Shown here piece by piece: positions 33,659 through 44,150 of a stretch of 64,000 nt of DNA (the stretch's first letter is position 1; each line of letters opens with the position of its first letter). The notes under the pieces were generated by a model. That model did no database searches, was not told where the DNA came from, and was given only the letters and a program-made list of their open reading frames with translations. The stretch is taken from assembly GCA_902597795.1 (NCBI GenBank), contig CACJZA010000002.1, positions 51,732 to 115,731 of the forward strand, read 5' to 3'. The translations under genes and the position numbers were made by a program. Origin of the DNA: an uncultured Alphaproteobacteria bacterium (GTDB lineage: Bacteria > Pseudomonadota > Alphaproteobacteria > HIMB59 > GCA-002718135).

Positions 33659-35424
33659 ATTATGAATTTATAATTTTTAAATATTTCTAAAATTATATTT
33701 CTAAAAAGTATTCCATCTTTATATTGAAGGTAACCATTTAATATAAGCTTAAGATGTTCTGGATGTAGATTATTCCATTCTCTATTATTTAAAGAAATTA
33801 ATGAGTAGAAAAGGAATTTTTCAAAGTCGTTGTTGTTAATACTTTCATTTATTTCTTTGAGTAGAAATATTGATGGCATTGACCTATCATCAAAAATTTT
33901 ATCTAAATTTATACTTATATCAGAGTTAATATCTAAATTCATAACAGATTTTAAAACAAATAATAACTCAGCATTTTGATTATCTTGTTTATAAGTATAT
34001 TCATCTAAAGTTAGATTAATGGAATTTATAAATGAAGTTATGTTATTAGAAGAATAGAGATCCAATAAAACTCTAGTGTAAATACTTTTTGAGTCTACTT
34101 CTTTTGCTTTTTCATACAATTCAATCCAATTAACTGCGAGTTCATAATTATTATTGAAAATATATGCTGTAGCTATCTCCGGGCCGTATATTATATTTTC
34201 TGAATTAGCTTCAATGGAACTCAACATATTGTTGGATAATTTGTAAGCAATTTCTTCTAAATTATTTTTTTTTGCAAAGTTCCAAAATTGAATTAAAGTT
34301 TTCAATCTATCATTGGGAAATATTTGTATGTTCACTAATTGGAATAGAAAAGCCATACTTAATTCTTTATTAGTTGACAATGATTCTATAGTCTCTTTTG
34401 GGTTATTTAGTTGATCTGAATTAAAATCAGCTGACATATATAAAGCAGCTAAACTGTCTATAGTTATCAGCTTTTCTAAAAAAGTATCATTTGCTGCCAT
34501 AATTCTTAAATCAATAGGTGAGGCTTGATTTAAAATAATTGGTATAGATAAATTTTTTTTGTCAAGTTTATAAAAATCTTGAGAAAAAGGAAGTTCTGCG
34601 ATTCTAGTCATTGCACTGTATAAAAAAATTAATTCTTTATTAATTTCAATATTTTTTATGTTTTGATCATTATATATTTGATCTGATGGATTAGTTATTA
34701 ATGAAAATAATAGTTGATAATAATTATCTAATTTTTTTTCTGATTCTAACAAAATTGAGTTTAATAAATTAGCTTCTGAAATATTATTATTTAGAATTAA
34801 ACAGAATATATCAAGTTTCTCTAGGTAGAAAAAATCTATTTTTGTATTTGAATTTAATTCATCTTTAAAATTACAAGCTTCATTTAATTGAAAAGTTGAT
34901 AAAAGATAATTAAATTTAACTTTTGTGTAAAAATTTAGATTTTTATCTTTATCAAATTGATATCTCTCAATTAATTCATACGATTTATTTATTTGTCCAA
35001 TGGATTGTAAATAATTAATAATTAAGAAGAAAACATCTTTATCTTTATCATTTTTAAAATCAAATTCATAATTTTCTAAAACTTCTATTATTTGTTTTTG
35101 TAAAGTAACTGATTTTATATTTTCAATATTTAAAAAATAATTTCTAAGATCTTTTATTTCAACAGCATTAATAAAATTATTTTTTATTATATCTATTTGC
35201 TTCACTTCAACTTCATTTATTGCAGTGTCTTTAGTTTCATTAGTTTCATTTGAAGCTTGTGCTTCTTCCTCAAATTCTATTTCTTCATTAAGATTATCTA
35301 AAACCATTTGGTCTAGACTCTTACTTTCATATAAATTTATTACTTCAACTTCACTGTTATTATCTTCATTTGCAAAAGCAAAATTTGAAAAAATAATTAA
35401 AAGGGTAACAACAATAAGTCTCAT
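33655..35424 (-). CDS. Exported hypothetical protein (helical, N/D/E-rich)
   Basis: 589 aa. N-terminus MRLIVVTLLIIFSNFAFA|NED looks like a Sec signal peptide with an AxA site. An acidic tract follows, and the rest looks helical. No motif recognised. Overlaps accA by 4 nt. Confidence 0.6.
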   Translation of the reverse strand: MRLIVVTLLIIFSNFAFANEDNNSEVEVINLYESKSLDQMVLDNLNEEIEFEEEAQASNETNETKDTAINEVEVKQIDIIKNNFINAVEIKDLRNYFLNIENIKSVTLQKQIIEVLENYEFDFKNDKDKDVFFLIINYLQSIGQINKSYELIERYQFDKDKNLNFYTKVKFNYLLSTFQLNEACNFKDELNSNTKIDFFYLEKLDIFCLILNNNISEANLLNSILLESEKKLDNYYQLLFSLITNPSDQIYNDQNIKNIEINKELIFLYSAMTRIAELPFSQDFYKLDKKNLSIPIILNQASPIDLRIMAANDTFLEKLITIDSLAALYMSADFNSDQLNNPKETIESLSTNKELSMAFLFQLVNIQIFPNDRLKTLIQFWNFAKKNNLEEIAYKLSNNMLSSIEANSENIIYGPEIATAYIFNNNYELAVNWIELYEKAKEVDSKSIYTRVLLDLYSSNNITSFINSINLTLDEYTYKQDNQNAELLFVLKSVMNLDINSDISINLDKIFDDRSMPSIFLLKEINESINNNDFEKFLFYSLISLNNREWNNLHPEHLKLILNGYLQYKDGILFRNIILEIFKNYKFII

Positions 35425-35549
35425 TTTAGATTTAAATTATATTTTTCAGTTATTTTTGTAGATGGTGCAGGAATTTCAATCATGTAAAGTGTGATAAAAA
35501 CTATTATTGTTAGTATTATAAAAAAATATATAATGTATGTACTTTTCAT
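35421..35549 (-). CDS. Candidate 42-aa single-pass membrane protein (unannotated small ORF)
   Basis: Below the ORF-track cut-off. The reverse strand ATG 35549 to TGA 35423..35421 gives MKSTYIIYFFIILTIIVFITLYMIEIPAPSTKITEKYNLNLK. Its stop overlaps the downstream ATG as ATGA. One ~20-residue hydrophobic helix. Confidence 0.4.
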   Translation of the reverse strand: MKSTYIIYFFIILTIIVFITLYMIEIPAPSTKITEKYNLNLK

Positions 35550-35645
35550 AAATTCTATTTAAAATGATTATTATACGTTTTTTCCATTTTTTTAAGTTTT
35601 TTCTAATTCCAATAAAAATTTGTCAAGAATAAGAAGTAATTTTAT

Positions 35646-36182
35646 ATGTTTAATCTAAATGAGCTTAAAAAGAAAAATATTTGTATTATAGGGTTTATGG
35701 GCTCGGGAAAATCAATAATTGGAAAAGATTTGAGCAAATATTTAAATATAAAATTTTATGACACTGATAAAGAAATAGAACTAAAAACAAAAAAGAGTAT
35801 AAATAAGATTTTCAAAGAAGATGGTGAAAAATATTTTAGAGATATTGAAGAAAAAATTTGTATCAAATTGCTTGGACAAGATAATTGTGTAATTTCGTTA
35901 GGTGGTGGAAGCATAATTAACAAAAATATAAGAAAAGTGATTAAAAAAAATTCCTATTCAATTTATCTACAAGTAAAGCTAATAAATCTTATGCATAGAT
36001 TAAAATCTTCAAAGAAAAGACCATTATTAAATAAAAAAGATAATAAAAAAGAACTATTAGAAGATCTATATAATGATAGAAAAAAATTTTATGAAGATGC
36101 TGATTTTATTGTAAGTAATAATAATGATAAATTACAAGTATTAGAAAAAATTAAATCTAAACTTAACTCATATGCAAACTAA
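35646..36182 (+). CDS. aroK: Shikimate kinase
   Basis: IIGFMGSGKSIIGK P-loop, D.D..IE, and ISLGGG. Confidence 0.85.
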   Translation: MFNLNELKKKNICIIGFMGSGKSIIGKDLSKYLNIKFYDTDKEIELKTKKSINKIFKEDGEKYFRDIEEKICIKLLGQDNCVISLGGGSIINKNIRKVIKKNSYSIYLQVKLINLMHRLKSSKKRPLLNKKDNKKELLEDLYNDRKKFYEDADFIVSNNNDKLQVLEKIKSKLNSYAN

Positions 36183-37239
36183 ATTATCAATAAGAAGTAA
36201 AAAATTAAAAACTGAAATTTTAATAAAAAAAGATTATATCTCTAAATTTATTAAAATAATTGCAAAAAAAAACGAAAAGGTATTTTGTTTTTTAGATTCT
36301 AAAATTAATATAAATTTAAAATCAAATGAGCAAAAAAATATAAAAATTATTATCATCAGATGTGGAGAGAAAATAAAAACTTTAGAAAAATATAAAGTTC
36401 TTTCCGAGAAACTAATTAAAAATAATGTAAATAGAAAGTCTGCTATTATAGCTATAGGCGGAGGTTCATTGGGTGATTTAGTAGGATTTGTTGCGAGTAC
36501 AGTATTAAGAGGTTTAGATTTTTTCCTTATACCCACAACACTTCTTTCTCAAGTGGATAGCTCTATTGGAGGAAAGAATGGTGTTAATACATTATATGGA
36601 AAAAATTTACTTGGAACTTTTTATCAGCCAAAACAAGTATTAATTGATATTTCTGTATTAAATACTTTATCAAAAAAAGAAATAAAATCTGGATATGCAG
36701 AAATTATTAAACATGCTTTAATTAAAGACTATTCCTTTTTTTGTTGGTTAGAAAAAAATACTGATAAATTATTTGATTTAGACAAATCTATTTTAGAAAA
36801 AGCAATATACAAATCAATTATGATAAAACTTTTATATGTTGAAAAAGATGAAAAAGAAATTTTATCAAATAATGATTCTAGAGCAATGTTAAATTTTGGG
36901 CACACAATTGGTCATGCAATAGAAAGTCACTATAATTATAAAAAATTTAATCATGGAGAAGCTATTTCTATAGGAATAATTACAGAAGCAAAAATATCAA
37001 ATTACCTTGGTTTATTATCATCTTATGAATTAGAAAGAATAATTAAGCATTTCAAAAAATGTAGATTAGAAACATTTGACAATATATTAAAAAGTAAAGT
37101 ATTAATTAAAAAAATAATAAAGGATAAAAAAAATTTTCTAAATAATATAAATTTTTCACTTATAGATAAAATTGGAAATTCAATTTTTTATAAAAAATTA
37201 AATAAGGAGAAAGTTTTTAAAATTTTAAAAAAAATATAA
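36172..37239 (+). CDS. aroB: 3-dehydroquinate synthase
   Basis: IAIGGGSLGDLVGFVAS, PTTLLSQVDSSIGGKNGVN, GYAEIIKHALI, LNFGHTIGHAIE. Confidence 0.88.
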   Translation: MQTKLSIRSKKLKTEILIKKDYISKFIKIIAKKNEKVFCFLDSKININLKSNEQKNIKIIIIRCGEKIKTLEKYKVLSEKLIKNNVNRKSAIIAIGGGSLGDLVGFVASTVLRGLDFFLIPTTLLSQVDSSIGGKNGVNTLYGKNLLGTFYQPKQVLIDISVLNTLSKKEIKSGYAEIIKHALIKDYSFFCWLEKNTDKLFDLDKSILEKAIYKSIMIKLLYVEKDEKEILSNNDSRAMLNFGHTIGHAIESHYNYKKFNHGEAISIGIITEAKISNYLGLLSSYELERIIKHFKKCRLETFDNILKSKVLIKKIIKDKKNFLNNINFSLIDKIGNSIFYKKLNKEKVFKILKKI

Positions 37240-38487
37240 ATGACAAGTATAGTACTACTTTTTTTACTCATTATTCTTGTAATTCTATCAGGTTTTTTAT
37301 CGGGATCAGAAACTGCAATAACAGCTACATCAAAAGCAAGGATTATTTATAAGAAAAAAAAGGGTAGTAAAAGAGCAGGATATGTACTGGATCTTCTAGA
37401 CAAAAAAGATAATGTAATATCTACTTTATTACTATCAAATAACTTAGTTAATATTCTAGCATCCTCATTAGCTACAGCATTTTTCTATGATCTTTTTGGT
37501 GTAGAAGGTATTTTTTATGCAACACTAATAATGACAGTTGTAATTGTTATATTTGCGGAAGTTCTTCCAAAAACTTATGCTATAAATAGACCTAATAGAA
37601 CTGCTTTATTAATTTCTCCTATTATTTACTATTTAAACAAAATTTTATTTATCTTTGTATTTATAATAAATTTAATTGTAAGATTAATTTTTAAAAATAA
37701 AGATAATGATGTAAAAAACAAAGATCTTCAATCAGAAGAGGAATTAAAAGGTGTAATAGATCTTTATAAAACTTCAAATCCTGATTTTGAACAAGAAAAG
37801 GATATGTTGCAAAGTATATTACAATTAAATGATATAACTGTTGAAGAAATTTTTACACATAGAAAAAATATTTACTCAATAGACTCATCTTTAAAGACTA
37901 GTGATATTATCGATAAAATTAATAAATCTAGATATACTCGTATTCCTTTTTGGAAGGATAATGCAGAAAATATTATAGGTCTATTAAATGTAAGAACTTT
38001 GAATATAGATTTAAAAAATCATAATGAGTCAAAAGAAATTATCTTTGATAAAATTTCTAATCCTTGGTTTATTCCTGAAACTACAAATCTATTAGAGCAA
38101 TTAGTAGAATTTAAAAAAAGAAAAGAACACTTAGCATTTGTTGTTGATGAATTTGGTGAATTACTTGGATTAATAACCTTAGAGGATATTATTGAAGAAA
38201 TAGTTGGTGAGATTGTAGATGAAATTGATGTGCCAGAAAATGATTTTAAATTAAATAACTATGGCAAGGTTATAATTAATGGTGAGAAAAATATTAGAGA
38301 TTTATATAAGAGTTTTGATTTAGATCCACCGGAAATTGAGTCCTCTACAATAGCTGGATATATTTTAGATATGTCAAAAAAAATACCATCATATGGTGAA
38401 TCTTTTAAAGACAATTTTTTTAACTATAAAATTTTATCACACTCAAAAAAACAAATATCTAAGGTTGAAATTTCAAAAATTAACTAA
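37240..38487 (+). CDS. CNNM/TlyC-family transporter (DUF21 + CBS pair + CorC/HlyC domain)
   Basis: N-terminal DUF21 membrane domain (LSGFLSGSETAIT), a CBS pair (FVVDEFGELLGLITLEDIIEEIVGEI) and a C-terminal CorC_HlyC-like segment. Confidence 0.85.
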   Translation: MTSIVLLFLLIILVILSGFLSGSETAITATSKARIIYKKKKGSKRAGYVLDLLDKKDNVISTLLLSNNLVNILASSLATAFFYDLFGVEGIFYATLIMTVVIVIFAEVLPKTYAINRPNRTALLISPIIYYLNKILFIFVFIINLIVRLIFKNKDNDVKNKDLQSEEELKGVIDLYKTSNPDFEQEKDMLQSILQLNDITVEEIFTHRKNIYSIDSSLKTSDIIDKINKSRYTRIPFWKDNAENIIGLLNVRTLNIDLKNHNESKEIIFDKISNPWFIPETTNLLEQLVEFKKRKEHLAFVVDEFGELLGLITLEDIIEEIVGEIVDEIDVPENDFKLNNYGKVIINGEKNIRDLYKSFDLDPPEIESSTIAGYILDMSKKIPSYGESFKDNFFNYKILSHSKKQISKVEISKIN

Positions 38488-38734
38488 TTTTAATTTCTAA
38501 AGAATGTAAACCACTGTTAAATTCCTCTTCAAGCAAACTATTAATGATCCTGTGAATATTTAGTCTATTAAATGGTGAATTGTTTTTTTTCATCAAGATT
38601 ATCTTGATATGAGTTTCGCCACTACCGGTAAAATTATTATGCCCTTTATGCAAATTTGAATTGTCAACAATTTCTAATAAAAAATTATCAAATTTTTTTG
38701 ACAATAATTTATAAATTCTTTGCTTACGATTCAT
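38480..38734 (-). CDS. BolA family protein
   Basis: 84 aa; VDNSNLHKGH....GSGETHIKI and FN..NR...HR.I...L pattern. Confidence 0.78.
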   Translation of the reverse strand: MNRKQRIYKLLSKKFDNFLLEIVDNSNLHKGHNNFTGSGETHIKIILMKKNNSPFNRLNIHRIINSLLEEEFNSGLHSLEIKIS

Positions 38735-38757
38735 AATTTTTAAACTATATAATAAGT

Positions 38758-39345
38758 GTGGGTAAACATAAAATAGATATTAATAAAAATAGTCTATCTT
38801 GGGAAAAAACTTTCTTTAGAAAATGTGACAATAATAATTGTAATAATGAAGGTAAGTTTAAAGCTCCAAAATCAAGAGTATTATTAAATCAGTATTATTA
38901 TTTTTGTTTAGAGCATATCAAAGAATACAATAAATCATGGGATTTTTATAAAGGATTATCAGTTAATGAAATTGAGAATTCTATGAGAGAAGATGTTATT
39001 TGGAACAGACCATCTTGGCCTTTCAAAGGTAATTATCACAAGGTGATAGATCAAATTAATAATTTTTTCAGCGAAGAAATAAATGATTTAAATCCAAATG
39101 AACGAGAGAATAATTATTTCAGAAATAAGCTAGTTGATGAAAATCTTACAAAAGAAGAAAGTGAAGCGCTATCGTTATTTAATATAGATTTACCATTGAC
39201 ATTGGATAAAATTAAAAAAACTTACAAAAAACTAGTGAAAATATTTCATCCTGATGTAAATGGTAACGATAAAAAAGCAGAAGAGAAGTTTAAGGAAATA
39301 AATAACTCATACAAAATACTTTTAAAAAAATTTAAAAATGACTAA
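38758..39345 (+). CDS. J-domain protein with Cys-rich N-terminal domain
   Basis: C-terminal J domain (IKKTYKKLVKIFHPDVNGNDKKAEEKFKEINNSYKIL, with HPD). The N-terminal block C..NNC...G.FKAPKSR..LNQYYYFCLEHIKEYNKSW is the one I recall upstream of cobS in alphaproteobacteria. GTG start. Confidence 0.72.
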   Translation: MGKHKIDINKNSLSWEKTFFRKCDNNNCNNEGKFKAPKSRVLLNQYYYFCLEHIKEYNKSWDFYKGLSVNEIENSMREDVIWNRPSWPFKGNYHKVIDQINNFFSEEINDLNPNERENNYFRNKLVDENLTKEESEALSLFNIDLPLTLDKIKKTYKKLVKIFHPDVNGNDKKAEEKFKEINNSYKILLKKFKND

Positions 39346-40321
39346 TAAAAAAAATATAGAAATATCTCCTAGTATCAAAATTTATCCCAAAGAAATATTT
39401 GGAGTTTCCTGTGAGTTTGAGGTTTATAAGTTTAAAGAAAAAACTGAACACGTACCAGAAATAGACCAAACATATATTTTTGATCCAGCTACAACTCTTT
39501 CAATACTGGCAGGTTTTTCTTCTAATAGAAGAGTTTTGATTCAAGGATACCATGGCACTGGTAAATCTACTCATATCGAACAAGTAGCAGCCAGACTTAA
39601 TTGGCCATGCATTAGAATTAATTTAGATAGTCACATCAGTAGGATAGATTTGATTGGCAAAGATGCTATTGTACTCAAAGATAATAAACAGGTGACAGAG
39701 TTTCAGGATGGCATACTTCCTTGGTCATACAAAAATCCTGTAGCTTTAGTGTTTGATGAGTATGATGCAGGAAGACCTGATGTAATGTTTGTAATTCAAC
39801 GTATTTTGGAGTCAGAAGGTAAATTAACTCTACTGGATCAATCTAGAGTAATTAAACCTCACAAATTTTTTAGGTTGTTTGCTACAGCAAACACTGTTGG
39901 TCTTGGTGATACATCTGGTTTGTATCATGGAACTCAACAAATAAACCAAGGCCAAATGGATAGATGGAATATTGTATCAACCTTAAATTACCTTAGTAAT
40001 GAGCAAGAAATAAATATTATCTTAAGTAAAGTAAAAAAACTTAATAATAAGGATGGCAAAGACATCGTTAAATGCATGGTAGCTACTGCAGATCTTTCGA
40101 GATCAGGATTCATTAATGGTGATATTTCAACTGTTATGAGTCCAAGAACTGTATTAACTTGGGCAGAAAATTATCTTTTATTCAATGATATAGAATATTC
40201 TTTTAAACTATCTTTTTTAAATAGATGCGATGAAATGGAGAGATCTATCTTACAGGAATATTTTCAAAGGTCATTTGGAATTGATATTACTGATGCTAAG
40301 GTAGCTAATGTCAAAGAATAG
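39338..40321 (+). CDS. cobS: CobS-like MoxR-type AAA+ ATPase
   Basis: Walker [10 protein letters not shown] and Walker [15 protein letters not shown]. The [10 protein letters not shown]...[15 protein letters not shown] block is typical of CobS homologues. Overlaps the J-domain gene by 8 nt. Confidence 0.83.
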   Translation: MTNKKNIEISPSIKIYPKEIFGVSCEFEVYKFKEKTEHVPEIDQTYIFDPATTLSILAGFSSNRRVLIQGYHGTGKSTHIEQVAARLNWPCIRINLDSHISRIDLIGKDAIVLKDNKQVTEFQDGILPWSYKNPVALVFDEYDAGRPDVMFVIQRILESEGKLTLLDQSRVIKPHKFFRLFATANTVGLGDTSGLYHGTQQINQGQMDRWNIVSTLNYLSNEQEINIILSKVKKLNNKDGKDIVKCMVATADLSRSGFINGDISTVMSPRTVLTWAENYLLFNDIEYSFKLSFLNRCDEMERSILQEYFQRSFGIDITDAKVANVKE

Positions 40322-42089
40322 CGTAATTATTGAAGATTTTAAAAAGTCATTAAGTGCTACAATAAAATCCATAGGTAAAAAAGAAGATATAGAGATTAAT
40401 TTTGTTAAAGAAAATCCTTCAATTATTGGTAACACTATAAATCTAACTGAACCAAAAATTGAAAATTTCAAAAATAATCTGGAATATTTAAGAGCAGAAG
40501 CGGACTCTTTTGCATTAGAGTTCAGATTACATTCAAAAGAGATACACCAAAACTTTTTAAATCAAGACGAGTTATCAAACGAAATAATTAATGTTTTGGA
40601 ACAAGCACGAGTAGAAGCTATAGGTAGTAGTGAATTTAAGGGGATACAAAAAAATTTAAAAAATAAGTATATTAGAGATCTTAAAATTGAAAATACTAAA
40701 AAAGATCAGAATTTATTAATTAAAGCATTTAAAAACGTAGCATTTGAAGAAATTGTTGGCGTAGATTTAGGTGAAATTAATAGTAGTTTTAAAAATATTG
40801 TAAAAGAAAAATTAAAAAAAGATTATTCAAACTTTTTTATAGATCTAAAGAAATGTCTACATGATCAGGAAAAATATACATCTACAATAGTTGAAAAACT
40901 AGATGAACTTGGATTACTTAATAATAGTGTAAACAATACTCAGAACGAAGATATTAATCAAAACGATGAAGATCAAGATAATGAAAATGAAAATAATGAT
41001 GAACAAAAAAATGATGAACAAACTGAGTCAAATATTGAAATGCAAACAAGTGAAACAGCTATTGAGCAGTCAGTTTCATTAGAAGAAAATGATGATATGG
41101 GAGAAGAAAGCGGAGATACTGAACTAGATTATTTACAAGATAGAAAAATTTTAGAGAATTTAGAGAATTATAAAGTTTATGATTATAATTTTGATGAAAT
41201 TATTAACGCTGAAGAACTTTGCGATATCAAAGAATTAGAGAAACTTAGAAGAAATCTTGATCAACAAGTATTTTCTTTTCAACCACTAATTGTTAAAATT
41301 GCGAATAGACTGCAAAGAAAACTTTTAGCTCAGCAAAATCGTCATTGGGATTTTAATATGGAAGAGGGTTTTCTTGATACATCAAGATTAGCTAAAATTA
41401 TTGCTAATCCAAATAATAAATTAAGCTACAAAATAGAAAAAGAAGTTGAATTTAAAGATACTATTGTGAGTCTTCTAATTGACAATTCTGGTTCTATGAG
41501 AGGCAGACCAATTACGGTTGCAGCCCTTTGTTCAGATATTTTAGCAAAAACATTGGAAAGATGCTTAATTAAATCTGAAATATTAGGGTTTACAACCAAA
41601 GCTTGGAAGGGAGGTAACTCAAGAGAAAAGTGGATCAAAAATGGAAAGCCTTCTAATCCAGGCAGGTTAAATGATCTAAGACATATCATTTATAAATCTG
41701 CTGACTCGCCTTGGAGGAGATCAAAAAAAAATTTAGGCCTATTATTGAAAGAGGGTATCTTGAAAGAAAACGTCGATGGAGAAGCTTTATCATGGGCTTA
41801 TAATAGATTATCTTTTCGAAAGGAAAAAAGAAAAATTCTTATTGTTATAAGTGATGGTGCGCCTGTTGATGACTCAACACTTTCTGTAAATCCAGGTAAT
41901 TATCTAGAAAAAAATTTAAGAGATATAATTGGTGAAATTGAAAAAAAAGATGAAATTGAATTAATTGCTATTGGGATTGGGCATGATGTTTCAAGATACT
42001 ATAGTAAGGCTGTAACAATTATGGATGTCGATCAGTTAGGTGAAGTATTACTAAATCAATTATCTGCTACTTTTCATTTAGATAATTAA
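40308..42089 (+). CDS. cobT: CobT-like protein with C-terminal von Willebrand A domain
   Basis: Long acidic low-complexity linker (about 40921..41140). C-terminal VWA with MIDAS-like [11 protein letters not shown] and [13 protein letters not shown]. Overlaps cobS by 14 nt. Confidence 0.8.
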   Translation: MSKNSVIIEDFKKSLSATIKSIGKKEDIEINFVKENPSIIGNTINLTEPKIENFKNNLEYLRAEADSFALEFRLHSKEIHQNFLNQDELSNEIINVLEQARVEAIGSSEFKGIQKNLKNKYIRDLKIENTKKDQNLLIKAFKNVAFEEIVGVDLGEINSSFKNIVKEKLKKDYSNFFIDLKKCLHDQEKYTSTIVEKLDELGLLNNSVNNTQNEDINQNDEDQDNENENNDEQKNDEQTESNIEMQTSETAIEQSVSLEENDDMGEESGDTELDYLQDRKILENLENYKVYDYNFDEIINAEELCDIKELEKLRRNLDQQVFSFQPLIVKIANRLQRKLLAQQNRHWDFNMEEGFLDTSRLAKIIANPNNKLSYKIEKEVEFKDTIVSLLIDNSGSMRGRPITVAALCSDILAKTLERCLIKSEILGFTTKAWKGGNSREKWIKNGKPSNPGRLNDLRHIIYKSADSPWRRSKKNLGLLLKEGILKENVDGEALSWAYNRLSFRKEKRKILIVISDGAPVDDSTLSVNPGNYLEKNLRDIIGEIEKKDEIELIAIGIGHDVSRYYSKAVTIMDVDQLGEVLLNQLSATFHLDN

Positions 42090-43285
42090 GAATTTAACCA
42101 TTTCTTTTTTGCATTATCAAAATCATTGTTATCAATTGAGTTTCTAACTTCTTTCATGAGATTATTCATAAAGTATATATTGTGATTAGTAAGCAATTGT
42201 AATCCTAGTAATTCTTGCGCAGAAAAAAGATGATATAAATATGCTAGTGTAAAGTTCTTACAAGTATAGCAATTACATTCATTATCTATTGGGTTTAAAT
42301 TATTTTTATATTTAACATTTTTTAAGTTTATTTTTCCCTGTTTACCTTTAACTAAAGCTGATCCGTGTCTAGCAATTCTAGTTGGGCTTACACAATCAAA
42401 TGTATCGATTCCATCTGCAACAAAATCCCATATATCCCTTGGATCGCCTATTCCTAGTAAATGTACTGGACGATTATTATCTAATTTAGAAGAAATAAAA
42501 TGAACTATATCTTTCATTTCATCTTTATTTGATCCTAGACTTCCACCAATAGCAATTCCAAAAGTGTTGATTTTTTTTGTATTAAATTCAATGCTTTCTT
42601 CTCTTAAATCTCTGTAAATCCCTCCTTGAATAATACCATACATTTCTTGTCTACCAGCTGAGCCATTTTTAGGATTATAATTAAGTTTAGAGTTAAATGC
42701 ATTAATGGATCTCAAAGACCATCTATGACTTCTTAACATAGAGTCAGATGTGTATATTTTATCTACATTATAGGGAGTACATTCATCAAAAACTAAGATG
42801 AAATCTGCACCAAGATTTCTTTGAACTTCAATTGATTTTTCAGGTGATAACATATGAGTTGAACCATCTATATACGACTTGAATAATGCACCCTCTTCAT
42901 TAAGGTTTATTAAAGTTTTTTTATTTTTTGAATTTGTTTTTCGCCCTTTTATTTCATCGGCAACAGAACCATGTCCAAGAGAAAAAATTTGAAATCCACC
43001 ACTATCCGTTAACATAGGCCCACTCCAACCAGTAAATTTATGAAGACCTCCATGTTTAGCAATTAGGTCACTTCCTGGTTGAAGCATTAAGTGATAAGTG
43101 TTTGATAATATAATCTGTGTATTATTTTCTTTTGCGTCCTTTGTGGTAAAAGATTTTAAAGCTGCTTTTGTTGCACAAAATATAAACGCTGGTGTTTTAA
43201 TTTTACCATGAGGGGTAGATATTACTCCAGTTCTTGCATTTGAATTATTAGATTTATTTTTAATTGACCAGTTAAAATCTTTCAT
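42086..43285 (-). CDS. tgt: tRNA-guanine transglycosylase (queuine/preQ tRNA-ribosyltransferase)
   Basis: [40 protein letters not shown], and the zinc site CNCYTC...H. The substrate loop reads [12 protein letters not shown] instead of the bacterial GGLAVGE. Confidence 0.87.
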   Translation of the reverse strand: MKDFNWSIKNKSNNSNARTGVISTPHGKIKTPAFIFCATKAALKSFTTKDAKENNTQIILSNTYHLMLQPGSDLIAKHGGLHKFTGWSGPMLTDSGGFQIFSLGHGSVADEIKGRKTNSKNKKTLINLNEEGALFKSYIDGSTHMLSPEKSIEVQRNLGADFILVFDECTPYNVDKIYTSDSMLRSHRWSLRSINAFNSKLNYNPKNGSAGRQEMYGIIQGGIYRDLREESIEFNTKKINTFGIAIGGSLGSNKDEMKDIVHFISSKLDNNRPVHLLGIGDPRDIWDFVADGIDTFDCVSPTRIARHGSALVKGKQGKINLKNVKYKNNLNPIDNECNCYTCKNFTLAYLYHLFSAQELLGLQLLTNHNIYFMNNLMKEVRNSIDNNDFDNAKKKWLNS

Positions 43286-43305
43286 TAGTTATTTAAAAAC
43301 TAATA

Positions 43306-44142
43306 TTAACCCATTTCAGGAGAGGAATTTTTTTCTTCAGGAATAAAGTACCTTGCAAGATAAATAAAAGGGGTATCAAGAAGAGCTATAAATACTCTTA
43401 ATAGGTATACACCCAAAATAAATGTCATAATAACATCACTAAGTGGAAAAGGATTGGGATTTAAAATTATCCAAGCAAAAATGCTAAAAATTGTATTATC
43501 AATTAACGATGATACAGCTGTAGAAACATTATTTCTCAACCAAAGTAATTTATTTGAGCTAACAGTTTTTAAATAACTAAAGAACCAAATATCAAAATAT
43601 TGACTTATCAAATAAGCTATCATACTTGCTACAAATATGCTTGTCATTGGAGTAAATAAAATTGCTAAACTTTCTTGTACCATAGATACCCATTCGTCTT
43701 CAGCTGGCTGAATACCGATTGTTACTAACATCAAAATCGTCATCAAGAAAAAACTACAGAAACCAATAAGAACATTTTTTCTAGCTTTTTCTTTACCATA
43801 ATATTCTGACAGTATATCTGTACACAAAAAAGTGGAGGCGAATAATATTGTTCCCAATGCTATTGGATTTGGTTCATAAAATGGAATAATTTTTTCATTT
43901 ATTGAAGAAAAAAAATTAAAATTAGCTTGTTTTAGTACTTGTATATTAGCTGCAATTATTGCTATAGCAGAATAAACGTACAAACCAACATATCCAAATA
44001 ATCTTAAAAAGACTAAAATTGAAAGAAAACACAATAGTAGCATTATAAACCAAACTACTTCAGTGTTTTGATTTGATATTAAATTGATTATATTTTGAGG
44101 TATCGAAGATATTAGAGTTTTAATACCAGTTAAAACATCCAT
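43306..44142 (-). CDS. YhhQ/VUT-family queuosine-precursor transporter
   Basis: Aligns by eye to E. coli YhhQ blocks: FLCTDILSEYYGKEKARK vs FLATDLTVRIFGAPLARR, and MIAYLISQYFDIWFFSYLK vs FMAYALGQILDVHVFNRLR. Has a ~50-aa N-terminal extension. Confidence 0.75.
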   Translation of the reverse strand: MDVLTGIKTLISSIPQNIINLISNQNTEVVWFIMLLLCFLSILVFLRLFGYVGLYVYSAIAIIAANIQVLKQANFNFFSSINEKIIPFYEPNPIALGTILFASTFLCTDILSEYYGKEKARKNVLIGFCSFFLMTILMLVTIGIQPAEDEWVSMVQESLAILFTPMTSIFVASMIAYLISQYFDIWFFSYLKTVSSNKLLWLRNNVSTAVSSLIDNTIFSIFAWIILNPNPFPLSDVIMTFILGVYLLRVFIALLDTPFIYLARYFIPEEKNSSPEMG

Positions 44143-44150
44143 ATTTATAT

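Noticed and set aside
40921-41140. Purine-rich, repetitive-looking DNA (GAT/GAA/AAT runs; short tandem ttagagaat x2 near 41149-41166)
   Set aside because: It is in frame within the CobT-like gene and encodes the acidic D/E/N/Q linker typical of CobT proteins. It is not a CRISPR, satellite or mobile-element repeat.
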